Shown here: positions 50,331-64,000 of the stretch, piece by piece
Layout of the letters: every line of letters begins with the position of its first letter
Position numbering within the stretch: the stretch's first letter is position 1
Source: Octopus sinensis
Lineage: Eukaryota
Direction: 5' to 3'
Assembly (NCBI RefSeq): GCF_006345805.1
Contig: NC_043001.1
Location: 81,530,001-81,594,000, forward strand
DNA length: 64,000 nt
Position numbers and translations under genes: made by a program
The notes under the pieces: generated by a model
Databases searched by the model: none
What the model was told of the DNA's origin: nothing
What the model saw: the letters and a program-made list of their open reading frames with translations, nothing else

Positions 50331-51705
50331 TGTAAATATAAATACCTCTTTTGAAGTTTTACCTCTTTCAAATTGCGATAACACTGAATAAATTGTAGTA
50401 ACACTGAATAAAATTATTTATGTAGATTTTTCCTTTCCTAAAGTGTGTATACATTTTTTTGGAGGCCGCTGTGTAAGTTATGTTCTGTGCATCATCTTAA
50501 TAATAATTTTAAGACTATAAATTTAGGAGAGCGGTTAGTTAATAAATGAACAGCACAAGCAGAAAGAGAAGATGCAGATGATTCTGTCCATTAGCTTGCC
50601 TGTAATTGTTACTCTTGAGCTGTATGTGCAACTGTTTATTTTTTTGGGTTCGGGAGACCAAGTAGAGGGTAAAGTTAGACATGGGAGCATCATCATCATC
50701 GGTTAACGTCCGTTTTCCATGCTAGCACGGGTTGGACGGTTCAACCAGGGTCTGGGAAGCCAGGAGGCTGCACCAGGCTCCAGTCTGATCTGGCAGTGTT
50801 TCTATAGCTGGATGCCCTTCCAAACGCCAACCACTCCATGAGTGTAGTGGGTGCTGTTTACGTGCCAGGGGAGGCTGGCAGCGGACACGATCGGTTGGTG
50901 CTTTTTACGTGCCACCGGCACAGAAGCCAGTCAAGGCAGCACTGGCATTGGCCACATTCGGATGGTGCTTTTTACGTGCCACCGGCACACTGATGCTTTT
51001 TACATGCCACCGAGGTACCGATATAAGACTGGAACTTTACTTAATCAACTGCAGAAAATAAAGGCTAATTTAACTTTGGTAAGATTTAAAGTTATGGTGT
51101 ACAATGAGCTGCAAAACATACTGCAAGGAATATAGTCTGGTGCTGTAACAATTTTGCCAATCTACTGCACTAAGCACCCTCTCAAATTGTTTTACTAAAT
51201 CCTTTCAAATTCTTGATCATTTTCAAAAATTAATTTAAAACACAGAGTCATTGTTATTTCATTTAAAATATGGTAATGAAAAGGTTAATATAATCTTTGG
51301 GGGCAAATATACAGAAAGGGCACATTTACACAGCTAACGAATTGGAATATTCACAGCTAGTATCTAAAGTTTTGTAGGGTAAGATTTGAGAGGGACAGTT
51401 GACGGTTATTTCTGAAAGGTTGCATGTCTAAGCCACATTACATACTTGGTTCAACCTATGTTAGATATGTCTGTTTGCAATCATTTGGTGTCTTACTTTG
51501 CTACAGGGAATGATAGGACGTAGAACAAGCATGGGCAACCTTTTTCTGAGAACTGAGTAGCATGAGATATGGTTCAGCATAAGATAATTTTCTGTTAGGT
51601 ATGCCATTCTTCTGCAAGCTGCAGATGGCCCTTAACTGACATGGAACAAGCAGTGACATAACTAAAACCTTTACAGGTCAGTTTACGATGACATAAAATA
51701 CTTAC

Positions 51706-53406
51706 GTTCATCATTAGCATCATCGTTTAATTTTGCATGTGTCCTTTCGATTGAGCTACTTGTGAGTGAAGTGCTGTTGGAGCGAATACCAATGTTGTCA
51801 TGATCGACGTCTGTCAAATCAAAATCTGCTTGGAGTCCTTCAATTAGCTTCAGCGCCGCAGGAGAATTCTTCTGCTTTATCGTACCGATGTTTTCGTTAG
51901 CGAACGGCAAAGTGTTAGATTCCACACTCGAGTTGGAACTGTTTGATTCCACGCTCAATGTAGAATCCTTTCGCTTTGCCACAAACTCTTCTTGTTCTGG
52001 GATGCTCTTATCTAGAGTGGAGGTTGGTAGTGCCATAGGGGCTGGGGGATCCTCAATTATCTTCTCGTTAATTGGAAATTTTTGCATCAAAAATGCTGGT
52101 TTCTCTTTCAGGATGGGGCATGTGTCTTTTTTTAGCCTGGAAGGTGGATTGTTGCTGGAAAGATCCATAGTGGGTCGACCTCCCTTGGAAGGAATGCCAT
52201 AGTTATGAAGTCTTGGGGTGATAATATCCATGGCAAGTGGAGGAGGGGGAGGAGGCATTTCATCGCTTTCATTGGATGATGAGTCTTGGGCATCGGCATT
52301 GCCCATATTCTTGCCGAAACGCTCTGACAAAGTTTTGACGCAGTTTGCAAATTCTTCGTGGTGTGTTGTGGAGTTGGGCAGTGATTTTGACAACGAGTCA
52401 GCCATACAGATAGGGGTAGCCGGTTCACTGCGTCGGTTGGGTAAGTTGTATTTCGGTCCCTCTACACGCATTGAGTTACTTCGCTTCGGAGGTGGTGGGG
52501 GTGGCACCTTCTTTGGCTTTGTCGCGATTGGTGGATAGTAGTCGTCAGCATCTGGTTTCATGGGACTTAATGGTTCGCAGCCGGTTGAGATGGAGGTGTT
52601 GTTGTTTAGACTAACAGACTTTGGTAAAACCAGTGGTTTGGGTGATTTAGGAAGATTAACGACAGGCTGATCATAAATATGCTCGTGACTTTGACTACAA
52701 GATTTCATTGTGTTGAAACTCTTCAATGCTTCCACAGCTAACTCACGACTGTGTTTTTCGTCCAATAAATCGGGGGACATTTCACGCCCTTGCTGTTTAG
52801 ACTTAGCAGGGATCTTGGCTACAGGTTTTGGTTTCACCATGACTCGAGGGGAGACTGTGGCCGAAGGACGAGTGACATTATCACTGAGGGTGTCCTCTAT
52901 TATCAACTGACCGTTGGTACCTGGGAATTTTTCCTCAATGACATCAGAGCATCTCTTATTAGAAGAAGGTATATGAAATGATTGGTAAGTTATTGGCTGA
53001 CCAGTCATGTCCGTGCTTTCGACAATAGGAGACATATCACTCGAACTGTTGTTTGACAATGAGCGTTTCACTTGAATGGCTACGTAATCTGGAGGGAGAT
53101 TGCCAGGACTGGATGAGGTGGGTGTTTGGTCGCCACTGCTGCCCTCTTTCTCCCGGTATGGATGAAATGGGTGCATTTCGGTCAAACTTTCACCGGATGT
53201 CGATTTTTTAGGCCGAGTCAAGGTCAGGGTAGTGTCCGAAGAACTGTTGCTACCCGTGTCGAGTGACCACTGGCCCGACATATTCATCGCAGGAGGTTCG
53301 AGAGGCTCAATGTAGGGTGACCTTTGCTCTAAAGAAGACAAGCGCTTAGTACCAGCCATAATTCGTTTTAGGCGGTCGATGGCCAGGATGATCTTTTTCT
53401 GATGGC
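51706..53406 (-). CDS. CASKIN: Caskin-like large exon: end of SAM2 and Ser/Pro-rich region
   Basis: (G)HQKKIILAIDRLKR continuing into the long ORF; contains LPFANENIGTIKQK, resembling Caskin LPFAEEGNLTIKQR; phase-1 donor GTAAG at 51705. Confidence 0.9.
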
Positions 53407-54457
53407 CTGAAATGAAAAGAAAGAAAAAAAAAATCAGTTGTGGCTATTTCAGAAACATTGGTTACAGAAAAAAACAATGCTTTAACCTTTTAGCATTCAG
53501 ATTATTCTGCTAAACGTAATACTATCTCTCTTTTACTCGTTTCAGTCATTTGACTGCGGCCATGCTGGAGCACCGCCTTTAGTCGAGCAAATCGACTCCG
53601 GGACTTATTTCTTTGTAAGTCCAGTACTTATTCTATCGGTCTCTTTTGCCGAACCGCTAAGTGACGGGGACGTAAACACACCAGCATCGGTTGTCAAGCA
53701 ATGCTAGAGGGACAAACACAGACACACAAACATATACACACATATATATATATATATATATGACAGGCTTCTTTCAGTTTCCATCTACCAAATCCACTCA
53801 CAAGGCTTTGGTCGGCCCGAGGCTATAGTTAGAAGACACTTGCCCAAGATGCCACGCAGTGGGACTGAACCCGGAACCATGTGGTTGGTTAGCAAAGCCA
53901 CTCCTGCACCTAATGCCTATTTATTTACACTTATCATCATCATTTAAAGTCTACCTTCCATGCTGGCATACATCATCATCGTTTAATATCTGCTTTCCAT
54001 ACTGGCATGGGTTGGCCGGTTTGGCCGAGGACTGGCCAGCCAGGAGGCTGTACCAGGCTCCAATCTGATCTGGCAAGGTTTCTAAAGCTGGATGCCCTTT
54101 CTTAATGCCAACCACTCCGAAAATATAGTGGGTACTTTTTATGTGCCACTAGTACGGGGGGCCCAGTCAGGTGGCACTGGCATCAACCATGTTCAAATGG
54201 TGCTTTTTACGTGCTGGAATTAATCATACATTAATTCACAGCTTTGAAATTTTGATGATATGATTGTATGTTTCTAGAATGACATTGTAGGGTAGGTGTG
54301 AGAGGCTGGATACGACCAGTTTAAATCTAAAACAAATAGAATATTTGAGCCTGATGGGCTGCTTTAAATGATAAAGGGTTAAATGGGGTGAAAATTGCCC
54401 CATGATATATTGTTCTGGGATAACATGGGGTTATTCTATGAAAGCACATGTAGTATT

Positions 54458-54661
54458 ACACAAGGGGGTGCTGAAAAGTTCTTGGCTTCAAGGGTATCAC
54501 AAAAGGTCTGTTTGGGGGCCCAACCATTCTGAGTTCTTTTTACAAGGCTTAAAAAAACTGAAGGATCGCTGCAATAAGTGTTAAATATGCTGAATAAAAT
54601 CATAATTAACTGATCTTCCTCTACTTTCTTTTACCCAAAGCCTGAAACTATTCAGCACCCT

Positions 54662-54709
<48 letters not shown>

Positions 54710-55141
54710 ATGTATGTATGTACACACACATACACGGGGGTACTGGAAAGTTCCTGGTTTTAAGGGTACCATGAAAGGCTTGGTTAGAGGCCTAACCTTC
54801 AAAGTTCTTTTACAGGGCTTAGAAAAAACGAAGGACCACTGCAATAATTGTGTGAATCGGCACATAAAAAGCACCCACTACACTCACGGAGTGGTTGGCG
54901 TTAGGAAGGGCATCCAGCCGTAGAAACATTGCCAGATCAGACTGGGCCTGGTGCAGCCTTCTGGCTTCCCAGACCCCAGTTGGACCATCCAACCCATGCT
55001 AGCATGGAATGCGGACGATAAACGAAGATGATGATGATGATGATGATGTGAAGGGAATATGTTGAAAGAAACCATAGTTAACTGATCCTCCTTTATTTTC
55101 TTCTACCCAAAGCCAGGAACTTTTTAGCAACCCCGCTTGTA
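54458..55141. mobile_element. Two adjacent mariner-derived MITEs, the second carrying a SINE
   Basis: TAC(A)GGGGGT(G)CTG(A)AAAGTTC(C)TGG-type TIRs at both ends of each copy. Confidence 0.6.
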
Positions 55142-56093
55142 TATCAAGTTAGAGTAACATATCAGCACTGTTGGAAAACTAAGGCCATTGGGCTCACTTG
55201 ACCTGCCTATTGACATTTGTTTGAAGCGCGGGTTGGCTGGTGCTAAGATCCTTCTGTAACATGATTTCTCTTTTGTTAACGTCATGGTAAAGTGATGCCT
55301 GCAGCGAGTTAAATCTCTCCAAGAATTGAGTCTTACAATCAAAGGACATTCTCAAGAGACAATGACAGTCAGTTTCCTCTCTAAGCATCGACTTTGACAA
55401 GTCACAAGAAGGAATTTCTGTTTGAATTGTTGTGGTGGTGGAAATGGTGTATGTGTGTGTGTGTGTGTGCGCGCGCGTGCGTGCGTGTATATAGTTTGTT
55501 GTTGAACATATGTGTGTGTGTGTTTGTATGTATAAGAATGTGGGATCACATGTATATAGTTTGTTGGTGAGCATGTTTGTGTTGATATTACTGTGTGTGT
55601 GTGCATGCATCTGTATGTGCGTATCACTGTCTGTATTGGTATTACAGTCTGTGTGTGTGTTGGTATTCCAGTGTGGATTAGTATAACTGTGTGCATATTG
55701 GTGTTGATGTGTGTATGTGTGCATGCACATAGTATAGTTATGGCATGTTTATGTGTGTGTGAGTGTGTGTGCACATGCACGTTTGTGTGTGCATGCATTT
55801 TGGTATTGAAGCATGTATGCAATTGGTGTTGCTGTATGTGTGTACATGTTGGTATTGCTATGTAAGCACGTTGGCATTGATATATACTTCCGCTCACATG
55901 TGGATATGCATACATGCACCAAGACCAGGAAATAGCAGGAATAGCAAGAATTATTCAAAGAAGCAGAATCGGAGAGACAGAGAGAACCCAGGCCAGACAA
56001 GACGAGACATCTTACCAGGAGCTATCAAAGACCAAACATCTGTAAACACAAAGAATGAAATCAAAGGCAGCGACACCACAGCGAAAGACTTAC

Positions 56094-56232
56094 CTAAGAG
56101 TTTAATACCAATCTCTTCAAGATCTTCCCAAGTAATCTCGGTAACCTGGTCGATTGTGGTATAACCCTGACTTAGCAACGTATCATGGTAGTAATCCAGA
56201 TTCAGCAGTTTTAACCACTGCAGCAGATCGTT
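56094..56232 (-). CDS. CASKIN: Caskin-like exon, SAM2
   Basis: NDLLQWLKLLNLDYYHDTLLSQGYTTIDQVTEITWEDLEEIGIKLL; CAG/GTAAGT. Confidence 0.9.
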
Positions 56233-57689
56233 CTGGAAATAGAGAATTTGGTAAAAGATGGAAGGTCATCGGATGAATGAGAAAATAAGCTGAGAGGTCG
56301 TGGAAGGAATATGATAGGTTAATGAATGAGAATAAGGTAGGATTGATAGAATAACCACTGCAGCAGGTGGGGGAGAGAAGGGGGTGAAAAACCCATCAAA
56401 AACACAAAAGAGGTAGAATGGAAAAAATCAGCAAAAGGGGGGAAAAAATACAAATGTAGACCCTGCATTCCTAAAGTTGTTTATTTTTTAAATCAAGAAA
56501 TGAAAGTGGAAAAAGTAACGAAGGAGTAAGTAAAAAAATGTGAAAAGTGGTGACTAGATGCTCCATATTTATCCATCCTTTTAGTCCCCTATTCCTGGGA
56601 GGATCATGGGAGTGGAGTTCTCAGGCACCTCCTCCATAGGGTCCTATCGGAAATAACTGTCATTAAACTTTGTGGGTGGATTCTCAAGCATGATCAATTA
56701 TGGATATTACCATTCTTGGTCTTCTCCTAGGTTTCAGTTTTCGCATCACTCGTTCTCATCTCTGCCTTGCATCCCTTGGCAGCAGAACAATTCAGTGCAA
56801 GCTTCAGATCACATTCTAATGAGCCAAGTAGAACCATGTCTTCATCATCATCATCGTTTAACGTCCACTTTCCATGCTAGCATGGGTTGGACGATTTGAC
56901 TGAAGACTGGCAAACCAGTTGGCTGCCCCTAGCTCCAATCTTGATCTGGCAGAGTTTTTACAGCTGGATGCCCTTCCTAATGCCAACCACTCCAAGAGTG
57001 TAGTGGATGCTTTTACGTGCCACCGGCACAAGGGCCAGTCACGCGGTACTGGCAACGGCCACAAAAAAAATCGTGATTTTTTTTTTTTTTACGTGTCACT
57101 GGCATAAGTGCTTGTAAGGCTACGCTGGTAACGATCATGCTTGAATGGTGCTTTTTACATGCCACCGGCACGAACGCCAGTTAGCTGCTCTGGCAACGAT
57201 CACGCTCGGATGGTGCTCTTAGTGCTCCACTAGCACGGATGTCAGTCATCGAATTTGATTTCGATTTCACTTGCCTCAACAGGTCTTCACAAGCAGTGTC
57301 CAATGAAGGCATCTGCAAATATTAGCCGACTGGTCCTACACTCACTGAATGTGATACCAGTTCCACAACAACAGCTGTAAATGTCAATGCAGTTTATAAA
57401 AATTATGAAAAGCAGAGGTGACACTAGACATCCCTGGCTGAAGTCCAAAACCTATGCTGAAAGGTTTTGACTTAGCACCATGTATCTGAACACAGCATCA
57501 GGGAGGCATGGAGTAGGAGCACAAAAGATGCATGACCTAAGACCCCAAACTGCGGGTCAGGGAGAGAACAACCATTAAAGATTTGGAATTGAAAATGATA
57601 ACTAGATTTTAAGTAGGAAAAAAAAAATATGATAAAAAAGATGAAGAGAAAATAGGGTAGCTAGGTGACTGGTTAGAAAATATACTCAC

Positions 57690-57791
57690 AGGTTTGTAGT
57701 CAGGAATACCATCGTAGATGTTCATACGAGATATATCAGCTTTCAACCGTTTCCGATGACTTGGCTTGGTGATCCCAATGGCCGTGAGATC
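57690..57791 (-). CDS. CASKIN: Caskin-like exon, SAM1 C-half
   Basis: DLTAIGITKPSHRKRLKADISRMNIYDGIPDYKP; TAG/GTGAGT. Confidence 0.9.
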
Positions 57792-58269
57792 CTAGTGATG
57801 AGAAGAGGAGGAAGAAGATAAAGTAAGAAGAAAAGAAAAAGAGACTGGTTTTGAAATACTAATGGAATGGTATGCAGCGATTTTTCTGTGTGTTGTGTTG
57901 GTGCACGTGTTGTCGTTAACCCATTAGCACCCATGGTCCAGTTTTTAGGACCAGAAGGATAATCCATCATATTTTTGCAACACCTGTATTTTTTTGAGAT
58001 ATTTTTTAGTTAATCCTCAACACTGTAGAGTCTTTCAAATATTGAAATTTTTTTTTATATATTTAGGCATAGAATCAAAGGCATTGAATTAAAGACATTC
58101 CAATAGTGACCATCTCTACTTTTTATTTATACAGTGTGCATGCAGGAACATGTTATCCAATGTGTTGTACTGTCCTCCTTTTAATACGATAAGCCGTCAT
58201 TTGAGGGAGGGAGATGTAGCTATTATTTTTAACAGACTGAGTGATTGTCAGAGTGTGTGTACGTGTGAG

Positions 58270-58481
58270 AGAGAAAGAGAGAGATAATGGCAAAGTGACA
58301 AAAGGAGAGAGAGACAGATATGTAAACTGACAGAATGAGAATGTGAGAAAGAGATAGAGAAGAGAAGAGGTGTGTGTATGTGAGAGAGAAAGAGAGAGAG
58401 TGAATGAGAAAGATGTAAAGACAATATTAAGAGACAGAGGAAGATACAGGCAAACAGAATGAAAGAGAAAAATAATGAGGC

Positions 58482-58515
<34 letters not shown>

Positions 58516-58530
58516 AAGAGAGATGAAAAA
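58270..58530. repeat. GA-rich low-complexity tract
   Basis: Degenerate (GA)n. Confidence 0.9.
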
Positions 58531-58593
58531 AAGAACAAAAAGAATTAAAGGAGACAAAAGGAACTTAAATCAAAGGGAGACAAACCAACTTAC

Positions 58594-58704
58594 CTCCGGC
58601 GTCATTCGAGATATAGTCGGCATGTCGTAACCTGCCGATACAAAATTATCGTAATAGCCTTCAAAACGAAGATCTCTTAACCAAGTTAGAAGAATCTCCG
58701 AATC
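58594..58704 (-). CDS. CASKIN: Caskin-like exon, SAM1 N-half
   Basis: DSEILLTWLRDLRFEGYYDNFVSAGYDMPTISRMTPE; CAG/GTAAGT. Confidence 0.9.
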
Positions 58705-58744
58705 CTGAAAATAGACAAACAAAAAAATACATTGGTAAATGCAT

Positions 58745-59520
58745 GTTAGTGTGTGTGTGTGTGTGTGTGAAGAATGAGATGGAGGGGGGAGTTGTGCTGA
58801 AGTGTGTAGTTGTATGTGACTGTGAACTTGTATGTATGTGTTTATCAGTATGTGTGAATGTATATCCGAGTGTATGTGTGTAAGAAGTTGTGAGTTTGAG
58901 TAGGTAACAAATCCTTAAAACCTTAAAAATGTTTTAGCCTGAAGGCCGCGGCCATGCTGGGGCACCACCGCTGTAATTATGTGAGTGTATCCACCTGTAT
59001 AATTGAGTGCTGTGTATGAGTATGTGAGAGTGTGTGTGTCTGTGAGAGAGTGTGAGTGTGTGAGTGAGTGTGAGAGTGTGTGAGTGTGCATGAGAGTGTG
59101 AGTGTGTGCGTGTGAGAGTGTGTGTGTGTGTGAGAGAGTGTATGTGTGTGTGTGAGAAAGTGTATGTGTATGTGTGCATGTGATGTCATATGTGAATTAT
59201 GTCAATGAAATTCTATGTAAATGAACCTGTAAGAGTGTGCATGGTTGAGTAAGCATGTTGCGAATGAGAGTGAGCATGCGTGTAGTTGTGAGTTTGAGTG
59301 TAGTTATGAGTTTGAGTGAGTGCTTAATTGAGTGTAGCTATAGGTGTGTGTGAAGTATGCGAATGTATGTCTATGAAATTGTACGTGTGTGTATGTGAGT
59401 AGTTGTGAGTTTGAGTAGGTAACAGTATAAAGTGAGCATGTGTATCCACCTGTATAACTGAGTGCTGTAAGTGTGTGTATGTGTGTGTATGTATGTATGT
59501 GTGTGTGTGGTTGGGTGTAT
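58745..59520. repeat. TG-rich cryptic microsatellite
   Basis: Degenerate (TG)n/(TGAG)n with short internal duplications. Confidence 0.85.
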
Positions 59521-60149
59521 GTTGTAATTAGGAGTGTGCCAGTTAAGTGTGTCAGTGTAATCAGTAACTGTATTACATAATTGCTGTGAATTTCCCTGCT
59601 CGCCATAAATCACCACCACCACCACCATCGCTTTGTTAGCTTGCGGTGTTGAGTTCAGTTCCTTAAAGGAGGAGATGATGATGATGATGTGGAAGGAGGA
59701 AGAGGCAATGGTGGTTGGTGATGATGAAGGAAATGATGATGATGAGAGCAGAGGCAGGTGGCAGTAAAGCTAGTTATGATATCCAACCAGTGGTCCTATA
59801 AGGAAGGGGTGGGTATAGAAGATTCGTTGCTTTTAACAACAATCACCACTATAGAAAACAATATTAAAAAGAGAGAGGGAGAAAGTGAGAGTGGCAGAGA
59901 GCTGGCAGAATCGTTAGCACACCAGGAGAAATGCTTAGCGGCGTTACGTCCATCTTTACATTCTGAGTTCAAATTCTGCTGAGGTCGACAGAATAAGTAC
60001 CAGTGGAATACTGGGGGTGGGTCAATGTAATGTACCTGAGAGGCTCCATGGATTGTCATTCAAAGCAAAATGTAAATATAACTAAAATTTGAATAATACA
60101 AGTTAGTGTGAGTTAAGGGAAAGGGAAATATGGGATGAAGGAATAGGTT

Positions 60150-60610
60150 ATTATTATTGAGTGAGAGAGCAGTGCATGCTATCAAAGTGATACTGGGGTA
60201 AAATATACGAAGCCCAATATACCCATCATGACTACCCATCTGATAAGGGTACACCAGGCACATGCATCACAACCATATGTGCGCGACATAGTGATCTCAT
60301 ATCAAGATAAACAGCACATGACCTTGCAGGTGGGGCCCAGTTAGAATTTTCTTCAGGTTGAGTAGCCCATCCCGCTCAAAAGGTCCCTGAATAAGGGTTG
60401 TTTAAGGATGTTGAACAAAACACCCATGTTTCCAGAGGTGAATTATTCAAACCCCAAAGAATCCCTCTCAACACATGGCTATGATGCTCCTCTACTACTT
60501 CTGCTCGTGATCAGAGATGCACATATCGTCAGCCACTAAGGGACATGCTCAACTGGTTAAGGTCAAACAACTGACAAGCAAATCTGTAGTATTGAGCAGA
60601 ATATTTGTAC
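60150..60610 (-). mobile_element. Interspersed non-coding repeat ending in a short (AAT)n tail, probable retroelement 3' UTR
   Basis: Higher GC than its flanks; short AAT tail on the - strand. Confidence 0.45.
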
Positions 60611-60647
60611 TACTACTATCATCATCATTATTATTACTATTATTATT

Positions 60648-60861
60648 AAGGTGGTAAGCTGGGAGAATTGTTAGCATGTCAGGTGAAATGCTTAATGGTA
60701 TTTCGTCCTTCCTTGTGTTCTGAGTTCAAATTCTGCCAAGGTCGACTTTGCCTTTCATCCTTTTGGAGTTGATAAATTAAATACCAGTGAAACACTGGGG
60801 TCGATGTAATTGACTAGCTCCCTCCCACAAAATTTCAGGCCTTGTGCCTTTAGTAGAAAGG

Positions 60862-60899
<38 letters not shown>

Positions 60900-61235
60900 G
60901 GCGGCGAGCTGGTGGAACTGTTAGCACACTGGGCAAAATGCTTAGTGGTATTTCATCCATCTGCATGATCTGAGTTCAAATACCACAAAGGTTGACTTTG
61001 CCTTTGTCCTTTCAGCAGCGAGCAGGCAGAATCGTTGGCACAATGGGTGAACTGCCTAACGGCATTTCATCTGCTGTTACATTCTGAGTTCAAATTCCAC
61101 TGAGGTCAACTTTGCCTTTCATCCTTTCAGGATCAATTAAATAAGTACTAGATGCGCACTGGGGTCGATATAATCGACTTAATCCCTTTGTCTGTCCTTG
61201 TTTGTTCCCTCTATGTTAAGCCCCCTGTGGGCAAT
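60648..61235 (+). mobile_element. Cluster of three tRNA-derived SINEs (GGCGGCGAGCTGGCAGAA family)
   Basis: GAGTTCAAATTC B box and GACTTTGCCTTTCATCCTTT core; also at 4890-5110(-), 19545-19720, 20727-20900 and 59895-60030. Confidence 0.8.
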
Positions 61236-61945
61236 AAAGAAATGAATATAGTCCACTCTGAATGGGATGCCAGTGTTGCAGGGATATTCGTTTATAGCTG
61301 AGGCGGAATGGAGCAATATGAAATGAAGGGTTTTGCTCAAGAACACAATGTGTCACCCTGTCTGGGAACAGAAACCACAATCTTGTGATTGTCCATTGCA
61401 GAGTTAGACATCTTTGAGTAATGTGAAATGAAGAACACAAACACAGAGGATGCTCCAGGAATGGAAACTGTAATCTTGAAATTATCTGTCACAGGGTTAC
61501 CTATTGACAGCTGAGTGGACTGGAGCAATATGAAACGAAGTGTTTCGCTCAAGAACACAACACACAACCTGGTCCAGGAATTGAAACCATGATCTTGCAA
61601 TCATGAGTGTAACACCTTAACTACTAAGCTACACACCTTCACCAGAGAGAGGAAGAGGAGGAGGAGGAGAAGAAGCAGCAGCAAACTTCATTGGGATTGG
61701 AACCTCAAACAATGAGGTATGCAGCTTGTCTTTATATTTATGTTAAAATCCTGCAAAGGTCAACTTGGCTTTTTTTTTTTTTAACTCTCTTGGGACAGGG
61801 AATGGTGAAATAAAATACCAGTAATATACTTGGGGAAACAGGGAGGCATCAGTTTCATATTCCTATAGGACACAATACTGAATATCAAATTCTATCGAAA
61901 GCTAACACTGACAAGTGTGTAACACCTAGCAAGACACACACTGTA

Positions 61946-61997
<52 letters not shown>

Positions 61998-62460
61998 CAC
62001 ACATATACATACACATCCACACACATACATATACACACACATGCATACATATATGCGCACATACATATACACTACAGTCAAAGTATAGCACACCGCTGCC
62101 ACCGCCACCACCACCACTGCTACCACGGTCATCATTAGATTGGCAGTCACAGTAATAAGATGCTGAGCAGTGTTATCTCCTGCAGATTCTGGATTGTTGG
62201 CATGGAGACAGCTGTTGCTATGTGTTGACGGGATTGGTGGTAGCGATGGTATGTTTAGGTTGATGAAATGCTATGTTGACTTGACTGCTATACATATACT
62301 GCAGGGTGAGTGTGTGTAAGAATGCAAGCATGAATATGTGAAAATGCACACACACACACACATACATACATATATACATACATACACGTGTGTATACTTT
62401 GTCATGAGCTGGAAATGAGTAAGCAGGGTATTGTTACTGGTACATAGGTCAGTGACACAT

Positions 62461-62985
62461 CCTGCACTGGACAAGGATTAGGAAAACGCCAAGCACTTGG
62501 CCAGAATTAGAGAGACACACAGCACTGGACAAGGATTAGGGAGACATTCAGTACGGGACAAAAAGTTAGGGAGACACAAAGTACTTAGCTTAGCCAGGAT
62601 TTGGGAGTCAAAGCACTTGGCCAGGATTAGGGAGACATTCAGTACGGGACAAAAAGTTAGGGAGACACAAAGTACTTAGCTTAGCCAGAATTTGGGAGTC
62701 AAAGCACTTGGCCAGGATTAAGAAGACACAAAGCACTTGACCAGGATTAGGGAGATATCTAGCACTGCACAAAGATTAGGAAAACATCTAGCAGCGAATA
62801 AGAATTAGTGAGACATCCAGCATTGGACAAGGACTAGGGAGACATTCAGCAGTGGATAAGAATTAGGGAGACAGCCAGCAATGGGCAATGATTAAGGAGA
62901 CAGCCAGCAATGGGCAATGATTAAGGAGACATCCAGCACTGGACAAGGATTAGGGAGATATCTAGCAAAGGGCAAAAGTTAGGGA
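62461..62985. repeat. ~30-bp minisatellite
   Basis: Units like GGAGACATCCAGCACTGGACAAGGATTAG. Confidence 0.9.
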
Positions 62986-64000
62986 AACCACAATCATACA
63001 ATAATGCTAATAAAGAAGCCTTTTATTTCTACAGTTGGATGCCTTTCCTGACACCAACACTCAACTGTTTCCATGTAAGGTTTTATTTCCCTTGGCCAGA
63101 CATGGTTTTCATGAAAAACTGGAAATGAACTACACCACTTGTATGACAGTGACACTTGTTTACAATTATCATGTGATGTCTAGACAAAGGTGTACACACA
63201 CACGCATACAAATATATGCAACAATATATTTCCATTTGTGGAGATAAGTGGCTAAGTAAATAGGGTGCTTGCACTCAAGTCCGTAAGAATGCGGTTTCGA
63301 TTCCTGGACTGGACGATGTATTCCTGAGCAAAACACTTCATTTCACATTACTCTCCTCCACTCACCTGGTAGAAATGAGTAACCTTGCAACAGCTTGGCA
63401 ACCTATCCAGGTGGGGAATGTAATCGTCACAGCAACCAGGAAACTGGCCTCATGAGTGTACAGTCCTTCAATCAATATTTCCATCTACCAAATCTTCCCA
63501 CATGGCTTTGGTCAGCCTGGGGCCATAGAAGATACGTGTCCTAGGTGTTGCACAGTGGTACTGAACCCAAGACCATATGGTTGGGAAGCAAGATTCTTAC
63601 CTTATAGCCACGCCTTGCATTATAGTTCTGGTTCTCTTCCAGGTCTGCTTTCATTATCTACCATGGGATTTACCAAAGACCACTCCTGAGAATATTACTG
63701 GTACAACTATGCAGCTGAACATGTAATTAATCCATTTCAAGAACACTGCTGTGATTTCTTAACTTCGGATATTCCAAAGTAGTTCTTTGTAAGCCCACAG
63801 TATATTACTGGTATAGCTTGCACTAATACACAGCTCTCAGTAGAATAGCTTTATCCTCAGGACTGGGTGGTATACCCTTGACTTAACTAATATTGCCAAT
63901 CAGTAATGTATCAATACCACAGATATTGAACAGTGATATTGAAATAGGATAACTTTATTCACAGCAGTTGCTTTGACAGCTGAACCAAGACAAATGCTAC

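Noticed and set aside
51683-51705. ORF-track C-terminus RKYFMSS* of the 558-aa ORF
   Set aside because: A GTAAG donor at 51705 splices in phase to downstream exons that encode the Caskin tail
55124-56000. Long His/Thr- and Cys/Val-rich ORFs
   Set aside because: Translations of (CA)n/(TG)n low-complexity DNA; the same applies to most short ORFs in the track
59590-59760. His/Ser-rich minus-strand stretch as an exon
   Set aside because: Explained by trinucleotide repeats; no clear boundaries
62075-62300. Possible upstream Caskin exon (Gly/Ser-rich, minus strand)
   Set aside because: No frame gave convincing splice sites plus a recognisable domain; left unassigned

Overview
AT-rich, repeat-dense animal genomic DNA, most likely an octopod cephalopod (inferred from the SINE/MITE repertoire). 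It holds two convergent spliced genes. On +: a complete 7-exon 60S ribosomal protein L18 gene (RPL18; CDS 14920-35597, 187 aa) with a TCT/5'TOP start. On -: the 3' part of a Caskin-like scaffold gene (two SAM domains, Pro-rich region, Caskin C-terminal motif; exons 58704-48396), whose 5' exons were not identified. The rest is SINEs, LINE and Penelope fragments, Tc1/mariner, piggyBac and Helitron-like elements and microsatellites. The most interesting signal is in the RPL18 introns. They contain two tandemly expanded families of box C/D snoRNA-like cassettes: family A in intron 2 (7 copies, plus one relic in intron 4) and family B in intron 4 (8 copies). Most cassettes are paired with a candidate 16-20 nt AG...GT microexon. 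The family B microexons lie 75-80 nt downstream of the snoRNA and carry an in-frame TGA. This suggests a snoRNA-plus-poison-microexon array that would give each snoRNA its own intron and uncouple snoRNA output from RPL18 protein output (inference; needs RNA data). Also notable: a Penelope-type minimal hammerhead in a foldback insertion, and a near-perfect 147-bp inverted duplication at a Tc1 end. Repeat boundaries are approximate; no database searches were run.
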